From positions 1 through 44,699 of the forward strand of contig JAJRPE010000548.1 in NCBI GenBank assembly GCA_024280935.1: DNA of 44,699 bases. The letters run 5' to 3'. Of this stretch, positions 1 to 9,923 are shown one piece after another. Under the pieces are notes generated by a model. It was given only the letters and a program-made list of their open reading frames with translations. It did no database searches and was not told the origin of the DNA. Each line of letters opens with the position of its first letter. The first letter of the stretch is position 1. The translations under genes and the position numbers were made by a program. The DNA comes from Candidatus Hydrogenedentota bacterium. Its GTDB lineage: Bacteria; Hydrogenedentota; Hydrogenedentia; Hydrogenedentales; JAEUWI01.

Positions 1-96
1 AAGTATCAACTCACACAAAAAGGACGAGAGTTGACCTCAACATTGAACGCACTCTTAACTGCTTCTACACAACAACTTATGAATATGGCCGCATGA
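1..96 (+). CDS. 3' end of a gene running in from outside the window (C-terminus KYQLTQKGRELTSTLNALLTASTQQLMNMAA*), winged-helix-like tail, possibly a transposase-type protein
   Basis: Frame 1 is open from base 1 to TGA at 94-96; YxLTxKG resembles a wHTH wing motif. Product cannot be determined from 31 residues. Confidence 0.45.
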   Translation, partial: KYQLTQKGRELTSTLNALLTASTQQLMNMAA

Positions 97-375
97 AACT
101 TCTTGTTGCTTTTTGCCCTTATTCAAATGTAAGGCACTAAGGGCTTATACTCGAACCCATGGCAGTTTGTGCTATATTCGGGACACTTAGATTTCGATTT
201 TTGAGCGTAATTTTCGGCGGCCTTGGGAAGGGTCATACCATCGGGGGCTACCCATAGCATGTATAGCACTGACCATCAAGCGGACCAGGCATACTTGGCC
301 TCCCTTGGTGCTGGCTATGTCTGGGGCTGCAAACCCGCTTTTGAGCTTGTTGGTGAATACGAAAGTACGGAATCA

Positions 376-984
376 TTGGTAAAACCAGATCAGTACAGCA
401 TGTCCTTTACGACGGGGACCCTCCTCCATCAGGAGTCGGTGAAGCTGGCCGAGCTCTATCTTGAGGACAACGACTGGAATAGCGTGCGAGATCGGGTGCT
501 TGACGAAAACCTGCTACAGACCAGGACGGTAAAGACCTCGAAAACTGTTTGTCGCGTGATCATCTCCCGCTTGAAGACACTCGCTCCCCCGGAAATGGAG
601 CTGCTCGTGCATGGCAGCACCCAGGAGCAAGGCTACCTCCTGTGGATGGCGATTTGTCGACGCCACGCGTTCATTGCCGAGTTCGGGGTCGAGGTGCTTC
701 GGGAGCGGTATATCAGCCTGAAAACCGACCTCCCCCAGGAAGAATTCGATGCCTTCTTCAACCGGAAATCGGATTGGCATCCTGAGTTGGACGAAATACG
801 GCCAAGTACCAGGGCCAAGCTACGCCAGGTTTTGTTCAAAATCCTACGGGAAGCTGATCTCCTGACGCCGGGAAACACCATTCATGCAGCACTGCTAACA
901 CCCGCACTGCTGGAAGCAATTCCCCCAGGCCATCGCCAAGACGTGCAGCGGTTTCCTGTTTTCGAATCAGACTTGAGAAGGTAG
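376..984 (+). CDS. brxA: BREX system protein BrxA (DUF1819 family)
   Basis: YSMSFTTG...WNSVRDRVLDENLLQTRT...LLWMAICRRHAFIAEF...KLRQVLFKILREA matches the BrxA pattern; first gene of the brxABC operon. Start placed at TTG 376 (ATG 400 is an alternative); the ORF-track start at 223 is probably too long. Confidence 0.9.
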   Translation: MVKPDQYSMSFTTGTLLHQESVKLAELYLEDNDWNSVRDRVLDENLLQTRTVKTSKTVCRVIISRLKTLAPPEMELLVHGSTQEQGYLLWMAICRRHAFIAEFGVEVLRERYISLKTDLPQEEFDAFFNRKSDWHPELDEIRPSTRAKLRQVLFKILREADLLTPGNTIHAALLTPALLEAIPPGHRQDVQRFPVFESDLRR

Positions 985-989
985 ACGCA

Positions 990-1598
990 ATGAATCCGGA
1001 TATTGAGAAAAGCCCCATCCCCGAGCGATTTCAACACTTGCTCGCCGTGATATCCGGGCAGCGCTTCCTCAAGATGCAGGGGCTTGGCAATGAAGTCCCC
1101 TTCTTTATCTGCCCCTACAAGCCGGAAGAGGCTGTAGAGATGGAGCGGACCGAACGGCAACTCGTCAAGGGCCTCGAAAACAAGGGCATTCGGGTACTGG
1201 AAATTAATCTCTATGACCTGTCTGTCGAGCTCTTGCGGGACCGGGGAATCTGGGAGCAGGTCCTGGAGATGGAAGCCTCCGTCGCCAAGGATGAGATTCT
1301 GGAACTGCTTGAAAACGTGCTCGATATGAAACAGCACTTCGTACCCGCCATTGCCAGCAAGATCGATAGCGCGGACTTCGATGTAATGTTTCTGAGCGGT
1401 GTGGGGGCCACGTTTCCCTACATTCGGTCCCACAATTTGCTGGAAAATCTGCAAAGCACGGCAAAAGAGAAGCCCACCGTCCTGTTTTTTCCGGGCACCT
1501 ATACCCACTCGCTGGAATCCGGTGCATCGTTGAATCTCTTCGGGCGGTTAACAGGAAAATACTATCGGGCATTCAATATATTCGACTGTGAGGCATAA
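990..1598 (+). CDS. brxB: BREX system protein BrxB (DUF1788 family)
   Basis: GLGNEVPFFICPY, FPYIRSHNLLENLQ, LFFPGTY and YYRAFNI motifs; 202 aa; lies between brxA and brxC. Confidence 0.93.
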   Translation: MNPDIEKSPIPERFQHLLAVISGQRFLKMQGLGNEVPFFICPYKPEEAVEMERTERQLVKGLENKGIRVLEINLYDLSVELLRDRGIWEQVLEMEASVAKDEILELLENVLDMKQHFVPAIASKIDSADFDVMFLSGVGATFPYIRSHNLLENLQSTAKEKPTVLFFPGTYTHSLESGASLNLFGRLTGKYYRAFNIFDCEA

Positions 1599-1612
1599 AC
1601 GAGGGAGTTCTG

Positions 1613-4600
1613 ATGAAGCTGAAAAGCATTTTTGCGAAGCCGGTAGACCGTCCAATCGAGGGGGTCATCAAGGCCGATGACGAGGCGAGCCTTCTCCTTG
1701 AAATCGAAGAGTACGTATTGACCAACGAGGTCGCGAAGCGACTGGAGTCTTTTCTCGATGCGTACAATAACTACGAGAACGCAAACGGGGTATGGGTATC
1801 CGGTTTCTTTGGTTCCGGTAAATCCCACCTGCTGAAGATGCTCGCCTTCCTGTTGGAAAATCGCGAGATAGAAGGCACCCCCGCACTTGATGTGTTTCTG
1901 CCGAAATGCAAAGACAACGAAATCCTCCGTGCCGACCTCAGCAAGGCAGCCAAGATTCCGTCAAAAAGCATCCTCTTCAACATCGACCAGAAGGCGGATG
2001 TAATCAGCAAGGACCAGATTGATGCCCTCCTATCTGTCTTTGTTAAGGTTTTCGATGAGATGTGCGGATACTATGGTAAACAGGGACACATCGCCCGCTT
2101 CGAGCGCGATTTGGACAGCCGGGATCTGTACGAAAAGTTCAAGACCGCTTTTGAGGCCCAAGCCGGTATTCCCTGGGAACGGGGCCGCGAGCAAGCCCTG
2201 TTGGAATCCGCCAGCATCGCCAAAGCTTATGCCCAGGTATCCGGCGCGGACGCAGATTCCGCAAAGGGTATTCTGGACAAGTACCGTAGCGACTATCGCG
2301 TGTCTATCGAAGACTTCGCCAACCAGGTTGAGGCCTATGTCAACCAGCAATCGCCGGATTTCAGGCTGAATTTCTTCGTGGATGAAGTCGGCCAGTATAT
2401 TGCTGGCAACACCAAATTGATGACCAACCTTCAGACCATCGCCGAAAGCCTCGCCACCAAGTGTCGTGGCCGCGCCTGGGTCATCGTTACTGCCCAGGAA
2501 GACATGAATACCGTCGTCGGCGAAATGGGCAAGCAGGAGAGCAATGACTTCACCAAGATTCAGGCACGCTTCGCCAATCGCATGAAGCTTACCAACGCCG
2601 ATGTGGCCGAGGTCATCCAGAAACGGCTGCTGACTAAAAATGACAGCGGTGTTGAAAGTCTCACCAAGATTTTCCACGACCAGGAAAACAACGTTAAGAC
2701 CCTTTTCGATTTCGCCGATGGCTCCCACGCCTATCGGAATTTTAAGGACCGGGATCACTTCATTCACTGCTACCCCTTCATCCCCTACCAGTTTGATCTG
2801 TTTCAATCGGCCATTCAGAATCTTTCCACGCACAATGCCTTCGAAGGCAAGCACAGCTCGGTGGGAGCACGGTCCATGCTTGGGGTGTTCCAGCAGGTTG
2901 CCGTTCAGATCCGTGACCATGAAACGGGACAGCTTGCCACCTTTGACCTCATGTTTGAGGGGATACGGACGGCCATGAAGGCGAATATTCAGCAAGCCGT
3001 GTTTCAGTCAGAAAAGCATCTGGACAATACCTTCGCCATCCGCCTCTTGAAGGCCCTCTTTCTGGTGAAGTATGTCAAGGAGTTCAAGCCCACCGTCCGC
3101 AATCTGTGTGTGTTGATGCTGGACCGCTTCGACCAGAACCTCCCCCAGCTCAGGAAGGATGTGGAGGAGGCGCTCAGCCTCCTGGAGCAACAGACCTACA
3201 TCCAGCGCAACGGCGATCTCTACAACTACCTCACCGACGAGGAAAAGGATGTCGAAGAGGAGATAAAGAACACCGAGGTCGAATCAGGTGACGTGGCTAC
3301 CGAGCTGGAAAAAATAGTTTTCGAGCAAGTCATCAAAGACCGGAAGATTCGCTACGACGAAAACGGTCAGGACTACCTCTTTTCGAGGAAGCTCGATGAT
3401 CGCGTTCATGGCCGGGAGCAGGAACTGGCCATTCACATCATCAGCCCCTTCCACGAAAACGCGGAAAGTGTGGACACCCTCCGTATGCAGAGTATGGGTC
3501 GCGACGAGCTCTTGGTGATTATGCCACCGGATGAGCGGTTGGTGCGCGACCTCCTGATGTATAAGCGCACCGATAAATACATCCGGCAGAACATCTCCAT
3601 CACCCAGCAGGAGGCCATCAAACGCATCCTGACCGACAAGGGCTTCCAGAACCGGGAGCGGGAAGGGGAACTCAAGCAGCGCGTCCGGGACCTCCTGGGC
3701 AAGGCCAAACTCATAGCATCGGGCAACGACTTGGATATCGGTGGAGAAGACGCCCTGACCCGCATCACACGGGGATTTCATGAGCTGATTTCACGGGTCT
3801 ACCCCAACTTGCGCATGTTGCGCGATGTCACCTATACCGAAAACGACATTGCCAAACACCTCAAGCATTCCGAAGGAAGCCTGTTTGGATGCGATGTGAC
3901 CGCCCTGGCGGAATCTGAACAAGAGTTGCTCTCATTCATCCAGAGCAATGGGCGGGGCGGTGTCCGCACGACCCTGAAGGGCCTGCTGGAAAAGTTTGAG
4001 CGAAAACCCTATGGCTGGTCCTACCCCGCCGTGCTCTGTACCCTTGCCAATCTTTGTGCCCGAGGCAAAGTCGAGGTGCGGACCGATGGCAATCTCCTCG
4101 AAGAGGATGAACTCGAACAGGCACTGCGCAATACCCGTGCCCATGCCAATGTGGTGCTCGATCCCCAGGTCGCCTTTACCGCATCCCAGGTACGTGGCCT
4201 CAAAGATTTCCATGGGGAATTTTTTGACGCCCCCCCCAGCACCAGTGAAGCCAAGGCGCTGGGGAAGGAAACCGGCCTTGCCTTTCAGGAATTGAAACAC
4301 AAACTGGAAACATTGGCGGTACAATCCAACCAATACCCCTTCCTGAACGCCTTAAAACCGGCCCTGGAGCAGTTGGAGGCAGTGTGTGGAAAACCCTACA
4401 CCTGGTATCTAACCGAATTGGCCCGTCATGAGGACGATCTGTGTGATCTGAAAGAACAGCTCATCGACCCCGTGCGCAAGTTCATGGGGGGCGCTCAGAA
4501 GAGCATATACGACGATGCCCACAAAGTAATGCGCGTGCAGGAGTCCAATGCCGAATACATCGCCGGGGGCGAAGCAGCGCAGGTGATGAAGGTGTTAAGC

Positions 4601-5137
4601 GATCCCGAGTGCTTCAAGGGTAAGCGTATGCAGCAGGTCAAGACCCAGGTCGATGCCCTCCAGAAAAAGATAGCGGATCAAATGGAAGTCGAAGTGACGA
4701 AGGCCACCGATGCCGTCGGGGTACTTCAGGATCGGCTGTTTGGCATGAACGAGTTCAGCACACTGACCAACGACCAGCAGATGGAACTTACCCGCCCCTT
4801 CAGCGAGTTCGTAGCGTCTTTGGAACGACAGACGTTGATCCCGGTGGTTCGCGATTTGCTTCGACGCTTCGAGGAATCGGGCTACCAAAACCTATTGTCC
4901 AAGCTGACGAACTGGGCACAGTCCAATAATGCTCCAGGTGACCCACTACCCGGCGCAAACTCCGGTGATTCACCGCCTGATCCAGGACCACCCATAGAAT
5001 ATGTATCCAGCCGTTCTATTACCGTTCCCTATGACAAGGCCTGGTTGGCCGATGAAGCCGATGTGGATGTCTATCTCGTGGCCATGCGGGAAGCGCTGTT
5101 GGCGGAGATACGTAGTGGAAAGCGGGTGAACCTCTAA
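1613..5137 (+). CDS. brxC: BREX system P-loop ATPase BrxC
   Basis: 1174 aa; N-terminal DRPIEGVIKAD...EIEEYVLT, Walker A GFFGSGKS, Walker B FFVDEVGQY, VTAQED, YPFIPYQF. Stop overlaps the pglX-N start (TAATG). Confidence 0.95.
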   Translation: MKLKSIFAKPVDRPIEGVIKADDEASLLLEIEEYVLTNEVAKRLESFLDAYNNYENANGVWVSGFFGSGKSHLLKMLAFLLENREIEGTPALDVFLPKCKDNEILRADLSKAAKIPSKSILFNIDQKADVISKDQIDALLSVFVKVFDEMCGYYGKQGHIARFERDLDSRDLYEKFKTAFEAQAGIPWERGREQALLESASIAKAYAQVSGADADSAKGILDKYRSDYRVSIEDFANQVEAYVNQQSPDFRLNFFVDEVGQYIAGNTKLMTNLQTIAESLATKCRGRAWVIVTAQEDMNTVVGEMGKQESNDFTKIQARFANRMKLTNADVAEVIQKRLLTKNDSGVESLTKIFHDQENNVKTLFDFADGSHAYRNFKDRDHFIHCYPFIPYQFDLFQSAIQNLSTHNAFEGKHSSVGARSMLGVFQQVAVQIRDHETGQLATFDLMFEGIRTAMKANIQQAVFQSEKHLDNTFAIRLLKALFLVKYVKEFKPTVRNLCVLMLDRFDQNLPQLRKDVEEALSLLEQQTYIQRNGDLYNYLTDEEKDVEEEIKNTEVESGDVATELEKIVFEQVIKDRKIRYDENGQDYLFSRKLDDRVHGREQELAIHIISPFHENAESVDTLRMQSMGRDELLVIMPPDERLVRDLLMYKRTDKYIRQNISITQQEAIKRILTDKGFQNREREGELKQRVRDLLGKAKLIASGNDLDIGGEDALTRITRGFHELISRVYPNLRMLRDVTYTENDIAKHLKHSEGSLFGCDVTALAESEQELLSFIQSNGRGGVRTTLKGLLEKFERKPYGWSYPAVLCTLANLCARGKVEVRTDGNLLEEDELEQALRNTRAHANVVLDPQVAFTASQVRGLKDFHGEFFDAPPSTSEAKALGKETGLAFQELKHKLETLAVQSNQYPFLNALKPALEQLEAVCGKPYTWYLTELARHEDDLCDLKEQLIDPVRKFMGGAQKSIYDDAHKVMRVQESNAEYIAGGEAAQVMKVLSDPECFKGKRMQQVKTQVDALQKKIADQMEVEVTKATDAVGVLQDRLFGMNEFSTLTNDQQMELTRPFSEFVASLERQTLIPVVRDLLRRFEESGYQNLLSKLTNWAQSNNAPGDPLPGANSGDSPPDPGPPIEYVSSRSITVPYDKAWLADEADVDVYLVAMREALLAEIRSGKRVNL

Positions 5138-6930
5138 TGGAAACCGCCAAACTAAAAAAGTTTGCCCAGTTTGCCCGGCGTAGTTTGATGGAGCAGGTTT
5201 CGGGAAAGCTGAAGTTGGTGCTGGCGGAGGACAGTGCGGCCCGGCGTGAGTATCCCCCGGCGGTTCGGGAGCTCGAAGAGCAGATTGTGGCCCATGGTGA
5301 GGTGCAGGTCATTGAAAAGGTGGCCTACATCTGGTTCAACCGTTTTTGCGCCCTTCGTTTCATGGATGTAAATCGCTATACCCGTGTTGGGTTGGTTTCT
5401 CCTGCCGAGGGGCAGTTTCAGCCGGAGATCCTGGCGGAAGCGAAAATGGGGCACATTGACGAGGTGATGGTGCCGGAGAAGGTCCGGCAGCAGATCGTTG
5501 CGTTGCTGGATGGCTCGATTCCCAGCCCCGATCCCCAGGCCGAGGCGTATCGACTGCTCTTGGTGGCCGCGTGCAACGACTACCACCAGGCCATGCCCTA
5601 TCTCTTCGAGCGCATCGCCGATTACACCGAGTTGTTGATGCCCGACGACCTCCTCTCGGGCAATTCCATCCTGGCCTACACCCGTGAGGCCCTGACACCG
5701 GATGTCTGCGAGGACGTGGAGGTCATCGGCTGGCTCTACCAGTTCTACATCTCGGAGAAGAAGGACGAAGTCTTCGCGGGCTTGAAGAAGAACAAGAAAG
5801 TCACCCCGGAGAATATCCCCGCCGCCACCCAGCTCTTTACCCCCCACTGGATTGTGCGGTACCTGGTGGAGAACTCCCTGGGTCGGCTGTGGATGCTTAA
5901 TCGACCCCATTCCAAGCTGGTCGATCAGATGGATTATTACATCAAGCCCGAGAACCCCGAGACCGATTTCCTTCCAATCGACTCCCCCGAGGAGATCAAG
6001 ATTTGCGACCCGGCCTGTGGCTCGGGTCATATGCTCACTTATGCCTTTGATCTCCTTCATGCCATCTATGAGGAAGAGGGCTACGAGCCTGCCGAGATTC
6101 CAAAAAAGATCTTGAAGCACAACCTCTACGGCATCGAGATCGATGAGCGGGCCGGGGAATTGGCCGCCTTCGCGCTCACCATGAAAGCCCGCGCCAAGCA
6201 TCGACGTTTTTTGCGCAAGCCAATACAGCCCAATATCTGCGTGCTGGAAAACATACACTTTGAAGAAGGGGAACTCACCGAATACCTGGATTTCGTGGGC
6301 CGAGACCTGTTCACATTGCCATTGCAATCCACCCTACGTCAGTTCGAAGAAGCCGACAACTTTGGTTCGCTGATTCGGCCCGAAGAAACCGATGTAGAGG
6401 AAGTGTTGCAGACGCTGAAGGCCAAGGATGTTGCCGGACAACTTCTCCTCAGCCATACCCATCAGAAGGCCCTCCAGGCCCTAAAACAGGCAGACTATCT
6501 GAGCCCGAAGTACCATGTAGTAATTGCCAACCCGCCCTATATGGGGGGTAAAGGAATGAATGGACGATTGGGAGCTTGGGTGAAGGACAATTATTCGGAT
6601 AGTAAGTCCGATCTCTTTGCTGTTTTCATTGAACGTAATCTCGAACTGGTTATGTCTGCCGGAGCGGTGGCTATGATAACAATGCAGAGTTGGATGTTCT
6701 TATCGTCATATGAGAAGCTTCGCGCCCGGATTTTGGGGCAGAGCACAATCATATCAATGTTACACCTTGGAGCGCGGGCCTTTGACAGCATCGGTGGAGA
6801 GGTAGTGTCTACAACGGCTTTTGTATTGGAAAACCAGCATAGAGCTGAATACAAAGGTGCCTATGTGCGTTTAGTCGACGGAAAGTCGGAAGCAGAGAAA
6901 ATCGAAATGCTGGAGCGGGCGCTCAAATGA
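5137..6930 (+). CDS. pglX: BREX-1 adenine methyltransferase PglX, N-terminal/catalytic half (split gene)
   Basis: AYIWFNRFCALRFM, VIGWLYQFYISEKKD, IPAATQLFTPHWIVRYLVENSLG, SAM-binding DPACGSG (~6007) and catalytic NPPY (6529-6540). Ends at 597 aa, just before the TRD. Confidence 0.93.
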   Translation: METAKLKKFAQFARRSLMEQVSGKLKLVLAEDSAARREYPPAVRELEEQIVAHGEVQVIEKVAYIWFNRFCALRFMDVNRYTRVGLVSPAEGQFQPEILAEAKMGHIDEVMVPEKVRQQIVALLDGSIPSPDPQAEAYRLLLVAACNDYHQAMPYLFERIADYTELLMPDDLLSGNSILAYTREALTPDVCEDVEVIGWLYQFYISEKKDEVFAGLKKNKKVTPENIPAATQLFTPHWIVRYLVENSLGRLWMLNRPHSKLVDQMDYYIKPENPETDFLPIDSPEEIKICDPACGSGHMLTYAFDLLHAIYEEEGYEPAEIPKKILKHNLYGIEIDERAGELAAFALTMKARAKHRRFLRKPIQPNICVLENIHFEEGELTEYLDFVGRDLFTLPLQSTLRQFEEADNFGSLIRPEETDVEEVLQTLKAKDVAGQLLLSHTHQKALQALKQADYLSPKYHVVIANPPYMGGKGMNGRLGAWVKDNYSDSKSDLFAVFIERNLELVMSAGAVAMITMQSWMFLSSYEKLRARILGQSTIISMLHLGARAFDSIGGEVVSTTAFVLENQHRAEYKGAYVRLVDGKSEAEKIEMLERALK

Positions 6931-9923
6931 ACTTTTCTCTTCATGATCTTGGTATCGCCTATCGAAAATCCAAGGTAGATCTGTATTATTCATCTCAGCC
7001 TTCGCTGCTGGCCATTGCCGACTACGAACGTCAACTATCAGATCATTTACATGCCTTGAAATCAAAGCTTGAAGGAAAGGATGAAGCATGGATCAAGGAA
7101 GAATCTTTTCTCGGTGGATGGACGTTGGTGCCTAAATCCATCGATTTGCCTGAAAACGGCATAAATAACGACGGTCTCATTTTTTCGTCACCTGTGGATA
7201 CTTGGAAACATGCCTGCAAGTTAACAGAAAGCCATGGCGACGAAAAAAAGCCTAAGGCCGAATTTCGGCTGATGGCTCAGGCTAGTTTGGATTTTCATGT
7301 GCTCTCCGCATTGTGGATGCTCAAAGTGGGCCATCAATACGACAAGCACCTGACAGACTCTGCGTGTGGAAATCGCCTGCGTCGCCGACAGAATGGCAAT
7401 GTCAATCCGCTGTCGCTCGGATCTTTTAGGCCTTATCTCAAACCCTTCAGGGACTGGCGTGATAACGGCATTGAGACCATGCGTGCATCCTTGGCTGGCG
7501 GTAAGAGAATCGTCGCATTGACGGCAGATGTCAGTAGTTTTTATCACGAGTTAAATCCCAGCTTCATGCTGCTCAATGAGTTCAACAAGCTATTCGATCT
7601 GCTATTAACCGAAGAGGAGACAAAGCTTCACCGTTTATTCATCAATGCCCTGCAGGCTTGGGCGAAAAGTACTCCCCTGAAGAAAGGTCTACCGGTCGGT
7701 CTTCCAGCTTCCGCCGTCGTGGCCAATATGGCCTTGATTGAACTGGACAGACTGATCGAAAAGCAGATCGTACCTTTGTATTACGGGCGTTACGTGGATG
7801 ACGTGTTGCTGGTGATGGAGAATAGTTCGGATTTTCGTTCAACCAAAGAACTATGGCAGTGGGTTTTTGACCGTTCCTTTAACTTACTGTGCTGGACCGA
7901 TGAGGAACAGAAGCACATTCAGTTTCAGCCAACCTATCTGAGCGATAGCCGCATTCACTTCGCCAACGACAAAAACAAGGTGTTTCTGCTGGTGGGAGAG
8001 CAGGGCAAGAGGCTGGTGGAATCCATTGCCCACCAGATTCACCAACAAGCCAGTGAATGGCGTGCCCTACCCAACCTTCCTCGTGATCCTGCCAGAATCG
8101 GTGTCGATTTTGTCACCGTCGCCCAATGTGACGGTGAAACCGCTGATAATCTGCGCAAGGCAGATGTATTGACCATGCGGCGTGCGGGCTTCGCCATCAA
8201 GCTACGTGATTTTGAGGCCTACGAGCGGGACTTGTCGCCTGATGCGTGGCAGGCTCATCGACATGCTTTTCTTCGCGCCTTTATTCAGCATGTATTGGTC
8301 TTACCCCATTTTTTTGACTTGGCGCTCTACCTCCCCAGGGTTATCCGTTTGGCAACAGCCTGTGAAGATTTCGAGTATCTACGCCAAATCCTTGATGAAT
8401 TGGACAAAGTCTGTGTGCGGGTAGAAGAGGATTGCACGCTATCCATCAAATCCTGCTCCGACCAAGCGGTACCAGACCTTATGAGCCGCTGGAGAAAAAA
8501 TCTGTTTCAAAGCGTGCGGGAAAGTATTAGTGCGGCGTTTCCAACGCGTCTATCGAGAGAAGCCAAAGCGGCTTGGAAGGCGCATATGGAAGATTATCTT
8601 CCAAGCGACCTTGACGCGATACTCTCTTGGCCGCCTTCGGTCGATCTCTTCAAGACCGAGCATCAATGTCTGTTTTCCTTCGATCTGGCACATATACCGT
8701 TCCGTTTTATCTCCATGCCCAAAGAGATGGTTGCTCAAAGGGGCATCATCACGAAAAAGAACGTTATCTCTTCTGGCGGCTCAAGTGAACTGTTGCCCGA
8801 TTCCATAGAAGGTGGTATCAAGCAGTTAGCCAAATGGACAAAGTTCAGGGAGCTACCCAACGGGCTGCTCTTTGCCACACGCCCCTTTAACCTTACCGAA
8901 CTGGCACTGCTGGTTAAGAATCCATTTTCGGAATCTACCCAAGCCGAGATGCATGCCGTTGTTCTTGCAACACGTGGCTTCTCTATCAATGAGGGCATGC
9001 CTCATTGGGACAAACACGGAACCCTGCAAATTCCGCATGAAAAATCAAAGCCTCGCTACGGTATTTCGGTCTCCAGCTGGAAGACAGAGTACAAAAGCTG
9101 GGTGGCATCGGTTATGCGAAAATCAGACCCGGATCTGACGCGCTATGTTCGATTAAATCGATTGTTGAATGGCCTCATTTCCCAACCCAGAGGAACGGAT
9201 TACTTTATCCTGCCTGAGCTATCTTTGCCTGCCCAATGGTTCATGCGCTTGGCGCATAAGTTGAATAGACGGGGGATTTCTCTGATTGCAGGCATTGAAT
9301 ACCTCCATGTGCGAAAAAAAGGCGTGCGCAATCAGGTTTGGGCCGCTTTGTCCCATGATGGCTTAGGGTTTCCCTCACTGATAGTCTATCGACAGGACAA
9401 GCAGCATCCAGCGCTGCATGAAGAGCTGGAACTAAAGCGCTTGGCCGACCTTGAACTGAAACCGGAAAAGCGTTGGAAGGTTCCACCAGTAATCCAACAC
9501 GGTGATTTCCGTTTTTCCCTGCTGGTGTGCAGCGAACTCACCAATATTGCGTACCGATCTGCGTTGCGCGGTGAAGTGGATGCTCTGTTCGTGCCGGAAT
9601 GGAACCGCGATACCAATTCCTTCAATGTACTGGTTGAATCGGCGGCCCTCGACATCCATGCCTACATTATTCAGTGCAATGACCGGAAATACGGCGACAG
9701 TCGCATTCGCGCACCGTTTCAGGATCCTTGGATGCGTGATCTGCTCAGGGTGAAAGGTGGCATCTACGATTATTTCGTGAGTGGATGTATCGATATACAG
9801 GCACTGCGCCAGTTCCAATCCAGCCATCGGTCGTCTGACAGACCCTTTAAGCCGGTGCCTGATGGATTTGAGAATGACATGAATTACTGGCGCAAGGTGG
9901 TGCCTGTGGAGGAGCCACGATGA
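6927..9923 (+). CDS. Reverse transcriptase-nitrilase (C-N hydrolase) fusion, UG/DRT class 3-like (UG1/UG5/UG6 type) putative antiphage RT
   Basis: RT motifs TADVSSFYHEL, GLPVGLPASAVVAN and YGRYVDD (7791-7802). C-terminal nitrilase triad E (ILPELS, E764), K (QDKQH, K825), C (LVCSEL, C868), plus VPEWN and QCNDRKYGDS. 998 aa. Confidence 0.9.
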   Translation: MNFSLHDLGIAYRKSKVDLYYSSQPSLLAIADYERQLSDHLHALKSKLEGKDEAWIKEESFLGGWTLVPKSIDLPENGINNDGLIFSSPVDTWKHACKLTESHGDEKKPKAEFRLMAQASLDFHVLSALWMLKVGHQYDKHLTDSACGNRLRRRQNGNVNPLSLGSFRPYLKPFRDWRDNGIETMRASLAGGKRIVALTADVSSFYHELNPSFMLLNEFNKLFDLLLTEEETKLHRLFINALQAWAKSTPLKKGLPVGLPASAVVANMALIELDRLIEKQIVPLYYGRYVDDVLLVMENSSDFRSTKELWQWVFDRSFNLLCWTDEEQKHIQFQPTYLSDSRIHFANDKNKVFLLVGEQGKRLVESIAHQIHQQASEWRALPNLPRDPARIGVDFVTVAQCDGETADNLRKADVLTMRRAGFAIKLRDFEAYERDLSPDAWQAHRHAFLRAFIQHVLVLPHFFDLALYLPRVIRLATACEDFEYLRQILDELDKVCVRVEEDCTLSIKSCSDQAVPDLMSRWRKNLFQSVRESISAAFPTRLSREAKAAWKAHMEDYLPSDLDAILSWPPSVDLFKTEHQCLFSFDLAHIPFRFISMPKEMVAQRGIITKKNVISSGGSSELLPDSIEGGIKQLAKWTKFRELPNGLLFATRPFNLTELALLVKNPFSESTQAEMHAVVLATRGFSINEGMPHWDKHGTLQIPHEKSKPRYGISVSSWKTEYKSWVASVMRKSDPDLTRYVRLNRLLNGLISQPRGTDYFILPELSLPAQWFMRLAHKLNRRGISLIAGIEYLHVRKKGVRNQVWAALSHDGLGFPSLIVYRQDKQHPALHEELELKRLADLELKPEKRWKVPPVIQHGDFRFSLLVCSELTNIAYRSALRGEVDALFVPEWNRDTNSFNVLVESAALDIHAYIIQCNDRKYGDSRIRAPFQDPWMRDLLRVKGGIYDYFVSGCIDIQALRQFQSSHRSSDRPFKPVPDGFENDMNYWRKVVPVEEPR

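Noticed and set aside
6927-9923. Retron, DGR or CRISPR-associated RT
   Set aside because: No msr/msd space or VTG motif, no TR/VR repeat pair or avd gene, and no cas genes or array; the C-terminus is a nitrilase.
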